Positions 38,701 through 64,000 of a stretch of 64,000 nt of DNA are shown one piece after another (position 1 is the first letter of the stretch; each line of letters starts with the position of its first letter). Source of the stretch: Bugula neritina. Lineage: Eukaryota; Animalia; Bryozoa. The notes under the pieces are model-generated. The model was not told where the DNA came from. It saw nothing but the letters and a program-made list of their open reading frames with translations, and did not search any database. The stretch spans positions 7,698,581 through 7,762,580 of the forward strand of contig OZ037767.1 in assembly GCA_964035545.1 (NCBI GenBank), given 5' to 3'. Both the position numbers and the translations under genes were made by a program.

Positions 38701-40295
38701 TGCTTAGTAATCCGCATGAATTGCTAAATACTTGTTCAACATTGAATAATGCCAACTCATATACCATTGCTTTCTTGTACTTCTACAAACACTTGTGTAG
38801 TGCTTTTATTATTTACTAGTTTTGGAAAAGAAATCTTTTACAAAATTGACTGTACAGCATATAGTGATATTTCTCACAATTGAAGTACTTCTTTGAGAAA
38901 TTATAATTATATTTAAATGTTTACCAATAAAATTAATTATTGCAATATTTTATATTTGAAATATCCATTTTATGCAAATTGACTCTCTGAGTTAGATTAC
39001 CGCCAACAATTATAAAATTGTTCACAAAGGTACTAAGCTTACCTACATTGGTTCAATTACTCAACACAATGTTCACATTGTGGTAAACTCTCTATAGTTA
39101 CTGACACATCTCATTACATGAATTCTATACCAAGAAAAAGAAATAATCTGATAAACTGCACAACTTACAGTCCTGTTCATACACTTCTACTTCAGCCAAT
39201 GAAAGAGGTTCTGTATGAACACTGTATACAGCCACATGTCTAACAAGAACATCAGCTTCTAATATAACAGTAGCTTCAGCTCCATATTGTTTATCTCTGT
39301 ATGATCTGATCATCCAGTTACTGTCATTGACTAGAGTCGGCTCCCCTGGGTTATCTTCCGCAGACGTGAGGATGTAAATCTTCTGAAGCCTGTGACCTAA
39401 AGTTATAAAAATGATCTCATAACAATTCTGCATAATATGCTTAAAAAGCAAACAAAGCATCAATTGGCAAAATTTGAATTTCTGTAACTTACAACTTGTT
39501 ACCTTAACAGATTAAACTAAAATTTGCTTTAATGAAAGTCACACAGTAGTAACATATTATACTTTTTTGATATACTCATATACATACACTGGCGACAGTT
39601 ATAATCCTGTCTGTTCCATATATTGATCCTGCTGACATGAAACTTCTCCTCCAAATCTACCATCCACCATTTCTCAACAGGCACGCGTGAAGTGTGAGTG
39701 AAATCATCAATTTTTCCATTAACCGCATTTTTTGCCTCATACATTCCATACATGGTTGATTGACGACATGGTTTGTTTAGAGCTAAATTATCTACAAATA
39801 TATTCTATTAGAATACTAATTCTAATCAGAAACTGTTCCATATGATGCACCATTATTTTATTGAAGCCAATGAAGACAATGCCTAATATGATGCTACCTG
39901 CAATACACATTATTTAATAAAATATGTTGTGAATAAAAAAATTGCGTTTTCTGTCTTGAACAAAAAGTTTTCCAGTCGATTAATAACAACTTTTAAAAAC
40001 ACATACTTTTTTATATACTGCAAATCATAAAACATTTGAAAAAGTTAGTAGCGACTCAATCGGTATTTTGTATGTGCTGACACTGGTGCAACCACTCATC
40101 AGTATTTAAAAAACACAACCTAACTGGCTCAATTATTACACCTAAATAACTACACATAATTTTATAATGAAGCACTCAATTATAAAAATAAATGCCTAAA
40201 ACACTGTACCATGCATTACCTTGAGCAGTGCTGACTGAAAGACATACTGAGTACATCACAATCAGCAACCAGAGTTTTTCCACGCCAACCTTCAT
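9784..40295 (-). CDS. Receptor paralog A: SP-3xF-type lectin-5xFN3-RPTP-like juxtamembrane domain-sushi-TM-ITIM tail, ~1294 aa
   Basis: 22 exons with GT-AG and compatible phases, no internal stops: 40295-40220, 39791-39588, 39396-39169, 32452-32219, 28470-28243, 27084-26857, 25980-25744, 25090-24943, 24791-24604, 23570-23482, 22657-22453, 21937-21834, 21742-21574, 21294-21200, 21060-20862, 20668-20562, 20314-20122, 19205-19112, 18165-17880, 10869-10818, 10568-10365, 10100-9784 (3885 nt). Confidence 0.85.
10365..10568 (-). CDS. Paralog A sushi/CCP exon
   Basis: [25 protein letters not shown] (4 Cys plus Trp), phase 1-1 exon. Confidence 0.85.
11118..11285 (+). mobile_element. 5' fragment of CACAG-MITE family
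   Basis: Matches 3954-4115; paralogous fragment at 44717-44893. Confidence 0.8.
11933..16089 (+). mobile_element. PIF/Harbinger-superfamily (ISL2EU-like) DNA transposon with ~1.07-kb inverted arms
   Basis: AT|AGACC...GGTCT|AT ends; arms 11933-~13007 and ~15014-16089 nearly identical in reverse complement; absent from paralog B at ~45634. Confidence 0.9.
13020..15077 (+). pseudogene. Decayed THAP-HTH-DDE_Tnp_4 transposase
   Basis: THAP tail [14 protein letters not shown]; KFYTG; probable intron 13450-14285; [24 protein letters not shown]; IIDCTE, VMADRSF, IHV motifs; stop at 14608-14610 and frameshifts. Confidence 0.85.
17880..19205 (-). CDS. Paralog A RPTP-like membrane-proximal domain with furin site
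   Basis: [44 protein letters not shown], resembling the juxtamembrane domain of LAR/PTPRJ/PTPmu-type receptor phosphatases. Confidence 0.75.
18511..18638. repeat. 128-bp near-perfect loopless palindrome
   Basis: Arms symmetric about 18574/18575 with about 4 mismatches. Confidence 0.9.
19673..19860 (+). mobile_element. tRNA(Thr-AGT)-derived SINE
   Basis: A box TGGTCTAGGGG, anticodon arm CTGC-TTAGTAA-GCAG, B box GGTTCGAGCCC, then non-tRNA body; no intact acceptor stem. Confidence 0.7.
20122..25090 (-). CDS. Paralog A five FN3 domains (ten exons, two per domain)
   Basis: FN3 hallmarks such as [46 protein letters not shown]; each domain bounded by phase-1 introns. Confidence 0.8.
24246..24548. 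repeat. Old MITE-like repeat with degenerate TTAGGG-like core
   Basis: AATGGCAC repeats inverted against GTGCCATT; G-rich GGGTTTAGG core; also at 50460-50730, so it predates the duplication. Confidence 0.5.
25744..27084 (-). CDS. Paralog A F-type lectin domain 3 (exons 27084-26857 and 25980-25744)
   Basis: [37 protein letters not shown]. Confidence 0.85.
28243..32452 (-). CDS. Paralog A F-type lectin domain 2 (exons 32452-32219 and 28470-28243)
   Basis: [48 protein letters not shown]. Confidence 0.88.
29704..31105. mobile_element. Non-autonomous Tc1/pogo-like element
   Basis: TA|GGGGTAAGGGGGGGGGCACAACGG ... CCGTTGTGCCCCCCCCTCCATTACCCT|TA; internal GGGCACAATGGGCCA repeats; within a ~2.4-kb segment absent from B. 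Confidence 0.75.
32470..32760. repeat. (TA)n microsatellite
   Basis: ~290 bp TA run with TATATATATAAG units. Confidence 0.95.
33398..34153 (-). mobile_element. Second full-length 756-bp CACAG-MITE
   Basis: Reverse complement of 3954-4709 with only a handful of substitutions; flanked by CA on both sides. Confidence 0.92.
34765..36280 (-). mobile_element. Gypsy integrase fragment (pseudogene)
   Basis: GC-rich island; HHCC zinc finger (HKQAH..WYWPRM..CEIC), [16 protein letters not shown]; frameshifted. Confidence 0.85.
39169..39791 (-). CDS. Paralog A F-type lectin domain 1 (exons 2-3)
   Basis: [47 protein letters not shown], typical fucolectin/FTP signature. Confidence 0.88.
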
Positions 40296-43200
40296 TCTCC
40301 CATCTGTACTCTGTTAACATTCAGTGCAAAATAAACTAACAGAGGAAGAAGAAGGAAGTTAGTTTGTAAAAACATTTACGTAAGTAAATCTATTTATTAG
40401 ATTCCTACATAATAAAGGGGGTGTTTTATTTAACCATTGTTACAAAGCAAGAATATGTTTAAATAGGTAAAAGGTTTTTGAATGCACTAAGCTCATTCAT
40501 TCTTTTACTACTCAATTGTATGAGTTGCCTGTATTAAATAAATACAATCTTCACAATTCTATACAATCACTTTCTCTTTCATTTCTAAACTTGCTCTCTG
40601 CAAGCATAGTAACTCAAGCATATGTGCCAACTAGTCATAACAGGTTTTAGTAGCTAGTGTTGTTTCACATGAAACAGAGTCTACAGCAGTAGAATCTAAA
40701 CTAACTAATTATTTCCAGGATTCATCAATACCATATATTCACCCAAATACTCTAATTTATGACTATACTGAGTAAAGTTATCCTGTTTTTTCAAAAGTAC
40801 ACTGGTGTTTAGAGTAATAAAAAAACTTCTTGGCATCTCATTACTAGTAGCTCTAGTAAAAGTAGATTTTAAATGCCCCAACAGTAAACACAACAACCAC
40901 CAATGACCTCATTGACCCCATTAAAGTTCCTGTTTATGCCTTGCATTGGTGGCATTACTCATCTACTTTGCACTGATTGTTAGATCTGTAGTTATGTGAG
41001 AGTGGTTTGGGTGACTAGCCCATGTTTTTGCCCCACATTTTCCGCCACAATATTGTGGTGAGGTGATGCAGGAAATGTTCAAATCTACTAAAATCTAAAT
41101 AAAATCATATGACACTGAACGCATGTTAACAAAAGTAGCAGAAGTGTCATTTTGTTTTTCGCTGTTTTGCAGCTAAATGTGCCTAGGGGCGCTACCTCAA
41201 TCAATTAAAACTAATTAATTTTGTACACTATTACACAAACTCAATCAAAATTCCTAAGGAAAGTCTCAATTGCAAATAATGTTCATAAAATGAAGTTTGT
41301 TGACACCATAAATTAGGATGTTCCATAAGAAACAGTTGTGCAAGCATGCGTGTATGTGTGCGTACATGTGTGCCTGTTACTTATATTCTTCAACGCAATT
41401 GGATGCCTAATGGCAATTGAAGCGTGGAAAGACAAGGGTATATAGTTTAACTAATCAGTCATTTAGGCTTATAAGGCAAAAATGAGTTGCTTCAGAGCTG
41501 ATGCGTATTATAAATATCTATACCAAAGTGCTTGTTCTAATAAAAGTAGCTGTTAAAGTTCAATACTTTGCTATGAGCATTCCTGCAAATACTCAATTAG
41601 GTTTCACTCTCGAAATTCTAAACAAATCCACCATTTTTAATAAGTTATTTTAAAAGGCAAGCTACCTCAAAAGTATCTGAAGCAATCACAATTTACGGTC
41701 TGCGATGAAATAAAGCTAGTTTATTAATTTTATGCTAAACAGTTGAATAATAAATTTTACTGTCTGGTTTCTTTTTGTAATTCAAGATATCTCTAGCTTG
41801 GAGACTGAGAAATAATTTTAAAAAATTTATTTAGTGAAAATTTGGCTTATCAAAAAATATTTTTGATACACAAAATTTGTTTAATATAAAATAAATTATT
41901 TCAACAATTGTTCAAGTAAATAATAAAGATAAAACTCAACCTAGGCAAAAGTGAAAAAAAACATGTTTTTATATATATAAAAATATATTTCCTAATTCTT
42001 TTTAGGCACCTGAGATTTGATATTTGTAGCAACAGAAGTTTTCTGTCCATAAAAAGCAACAAATGCAGCACCAGCCAGCCAACAAGAAATTGCTTGCTTC
42101 TAACTTCAAATAGAGAAGCTACATTTAATGCTCAATTTTTTACAATAAAGCAAAACTGTGTCTTTTCTAAAAAAGTTGCCCAACTGATGTATATAATTGC
42201 CCTTCTCACAAAAGAATCCTTCACAGGCAAAAATATTTTTTGTCTATTTAAAACTAGCAGAACAAAAGCTTTGGAGTGGCATAAAGCAAAAACAATTGCA
42301 TCTATATTATGTCTAACCCACCCAATTTTGTATGTCAGCACCCCTGCCACACCAAAATCTGGATGGAAACTTTTGACTATTGGTTATTATTAAGCTGCAT
42401 GTTTGAACTTTATTAGTAGTGAAAGCCATTGCATAAAAACACACTTGCTAATAATAAACCACTTGCTATTAAATTCAACCAGAGGTTTGATATTATGCAA
42501 ATTGATTTGAAATAATGAAAATTTATTTCTAAGTAGACCAAAGCCACAAATAAATACATTAGAATGCATACTGTGGAGCAAAAGAAATGCTACAATTAGA
42601 ACTAAGAATATCGGCTAATATTTTAGCAGCTGACAGCAGCTACAAATTTAACAATATTGTTTATTCCATTTACGTATATACACTGTAAACAGATGTTATA
42701 TGTCATAGAAAAAAACTTTGTTTAAATGCAATTCATTGTTGCAAATAAATAATGTTTTCGGTCTCCAAACATTCTTGTCTCGTTACAGAGCTATAAACTA
42801 GCTTTATTTCATGTGACATATAACATGTGAATAATAAAACAGAACGCACAACTCAAAAAATTATATTGTCTTACAGATAAAAAAATGTGTTCTCACAGTC
42901 TCTATAACGCTGTGTATAAATTTCACTAAATAAAAATTAATATTTTAGTGCAAAACTACTCTGTATAATAGATATATAAAAATAAACTGATTACCATGAC
43001 CAATAGTCATATTTCTCAATCATCATAATAATAACTCAAAACCATAAATATTATAGCTTACCTTCCACAAATAGAGTTCATGAAACTTATTATAGAGAGT
43101 AGTCAACATTTTTTTTTCTAAATATTTGAAAGATATTTAATAATTTTAAATGTTTGTAATCAATTTTTTGAATATCAAAAATAATAAAAGCAGTGAGTAT

Positions 43201-43338
43201 TAAAAGTGAGTTGAAAATATTAAATAGTTTGCCATCATAAAGATAGAATACTAGTTAATTTGTCTTATGTAATACTTCGCAGTCGGATTTGTTAGATTTA
43301 AAAATTAAAAGCCATGTTAGAATAAGTATATTGAATAT

Positions 43339-61483
<18,145 letters not shown>

Positions 61484-62143
61484 TCTCCCATCTGTACTCT
61501 ACTAACATTCAGTGTAAAATAAACTAACAGAGAAAGAAGAAGAAGGAAGTTAGTCTGCAAAAAAATTTACGCAAGTAAATCTATTCATTACATTCCTACA
61601 TAATAAAGGGGGTCTTGTATTTAACCATTGTTACAAAGCAAGAATATGTTTAAATAGCTAAAAGGTTTTTGAATGCACTAAGCTCATTCATTCTTTTACT
61701 ACTCAATTGTATGAGTCGCCTGTATTAAATAAATACAATCTTCACAATTCTATACAATCACTTTTTCGATTATTTCTAAACTTGCTTTCTGTAATGAAGC
61801 TTAGTAACTCAAGCATAACATGTGTCAACTAACTAAAACAAATTTTTGTAGCTAGTGTTGTTTTACATGAAAAAGAGTCTACAACAGTAGAATCTAAACT
61901 AACTATTTATTTCCAGGATTCACCAATACCATATATTTACCCAAATACTCTAATTTATGACTACTGAGTAAAGTCATCATGTTTTTTTGAAGAGTACAGT
62001 GATGTTTAGAGTATTAAACAAACTTCTTGACATTTCATTACTAGTAGCTCTAGTAAAAATAGATTTTAATTGCCCCAACAGTAAACACAAAAACCACCAA
62101 TGACCTCATTGACCCCAATAAAGTCCCTGTTTATGCCTTGCAA

Positions 62144-62373
62144 TGAATAGCTTGCTTGGTACTTTGTTTATGTAGCGCCTATAATGGAATGTTGATAGAT
62201 AACGCAGCCCTAATGAAGGTTGCTGCTTATTGGTTGTAGTTTGATCTCAGGCTAAACAATTGCAAGTAGGCAACACGCATGCCACCCGCAGAGTAGTATT
62301 ATTCAAGAACCTAAACTACATTTTGAGAGAAATTTATGATATTCTTAGTGAGGATGCCCTTAACTGTCCTGTG
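62144..62373 (-). mobile_element. One-ended fragment of CACAG-MITE family
   Basis: Matches 33922-34153 and ends in CCTGTG. Confidence 0.85.
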
Positions 62374-64000
62374 TATATGGCTTTATGGATTTATGGCTTC
62401 ATGGTATGATATAATTCTCATAGTCAGGGCTGTAGCAGCATCCGTTGCATATGTAACATCTCCCCACTAGCCTTTGATGCATCTATGTATTTTGGTGAGC
62501 TGCCAATCTCTTTGACCTTCTAAGATTTTCAAATCCATACTCTTCGCCTGTGGGTAGTCTGGGATTTCTCCATGGTTGAGGTGTTTGGTTAGCAGTACTA
62601 TCGTCATTTGAAACATCAGCCATTTGAACTTCAGATTTCACATCGTCTGCTGGTTCAGAATCTTCCTCAACTCCGTAGCGTGGTAATAGTTGTTCAATAT
62701 GACGTCTCCATATTGGTCCTCTTGGTGTGACTTTGACATTTATACTTCTTGGTCCCAATACTTTTGTGACAATGGCAGGGACCCATCGTGGTTCTCTGTA
62801 TCTTCGGGGTCCACAATAGAATGCGTAGCAAAGACTTCCAACTGTATAGGTGTGAACTTTGGATACAGTGGATTTCTGGTCTGTAGACTTTTCCACTTCT
62901 TTTGATTGTCGTTCTTGGGCTTGGTGTGCTGGTGATGGTAGCAGAACATCAATTTTGCAATGAATCTGTCTCTCATTCAGCAGTTCACTGGGCGAGTATC
63001 CTCCTATCAAGGGTGTGCGTCGGTAGTGCATCAGGAATTCAGTCAAAGCTAGATTTGGTAGTAAATTAGATTTTCTTAGAGCCTATTTAAATGATTGCAC
63101 TAGTCTTTCAGCTGCTCCATTTGTGGCAGGGTGATAAGGGGCTCCAGATAGATGAACTATTCCACGACCCCGGCACCAGCTTTGAAACTCTTCAGACTTG
63201 AATGTGCTTGCATTGTCGGATACAATTGTGTGTGAATATCCAAAGTGTGCAAAGTCTTTTTTTAGAAGCTCTGTAGTTCTCTTCGAAGATGTTGATGTAG
63301 TTGGATGTATGCAGGGATACTTTGAGTATGCATCCACAATTATTAGCCAGTTGCTTCCCAGAAAGTTGATTGCATGGTCGATGTGAATACGACTCCATAG
63401 CTTTTCTGGAATCATCCAAGGATGGAGAGGAGCTTTGCCTGGTTGATTCTGGTGCTCAGCGCAAGAGCTGCACTGTTTACAAGCATCCATGATGTCTGCG
63501 TCTGTTCTTGGCCAATAAACAGCAGAACGTGCGAGTTGTTTCATCCGCTGCATGCCAAAGTGTCCTAGATGAAGAATCTGCAAAACTTGTGGCTGAAGGG
63601 TAAGCGGTATTACATCTCTTGAACCGTACAGCAAGCATCCGTCTGAGATAGAGAGTGAGCCAGACACCTTCTTGAAACACTGTATGTTGTAAGCTGCACT
63701 ATGAGCTTGGTCCTCATCTTCTGTGTTTGTCTCTTCTAGTGTTTTAGGCCATCCTTCTCTTGTATAGCGAATTACTGTAGACAGAATGGGGTCTTTCAAG
63801 GTTTCTTTTAGAAGTACTCCTGAATCTGTTGGCTTCAATTGTTGAGAAATCAGTCGTATCGTGCATATCGTGTCCATATCATCACCATTTTCCTCCTCAT
63901 CAAACTTGAAGTCTGGGCCAACTGGCAGACGACTAAGTGCATCTGCATTGCCATGTTTGCTGGTCGTGCGATACTCAATACTATAATCGTATTGACTCAG
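62374..64000 (-). mobile_element. Gypsy retrotransposon 3' part (RNase H end, integrase, PPT, truncated 3' LTR)
   Basis: ORFs 63877-63083 (LHLGHFGMQRMKQLARSAVYWP..CSSC, IVSDN, PYHPATNGAAERLV) and 63046-62483; PPT AGTGGGGAGA then LTR start TG at 62458. Confidence 0.92.

Overview
AT-rich eukaryotic (invertebrate-like) genomic DNA containing a head-to-tail tandem array of a minus-strand, multi-exon type I membrane receptor gene. Two complete copies can be spliced by hand with GT-AG sites and matching phases: copy A (40295->9784, 22 exons, ~1294 aa) and copy B (61483->43339, 18 exons, ~1103 aa). The signal-peptide exon of a third copy C lies at 767->692 and runs off the left edge. Architecture: signal peptide, 3 F-type (fucolectin/FTP) lectin domains, 5 (A) or 3 (B) FN3 domains, an RPTP-like membrane-proximal domain with an RSKR furin site, a sushi/CCP domain, a TM helix, and a short tail with four tyrosine motifs including a canonical ITIM (VNYEVL). 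There is no phosphatase domain. Paralog differences cluster in the lectin binding loops while the signalling tail is nearly invariant, suggesting a diversifying glycan-sensing inhibitory receptor family (inference). Introns and intergenic DNA carry many transposons: a full-length decayed Gypsy with two nested MITEs, an ISL2EU/Harbinger-type element with ~1.07-kb inverted arms, three further Gypsy fragments, a young CAC-ended MITE family, pogo/Tc1 remnants, tRNA-derived SINEs and (TA)n tracts. All coordinates and identities were read by eye.
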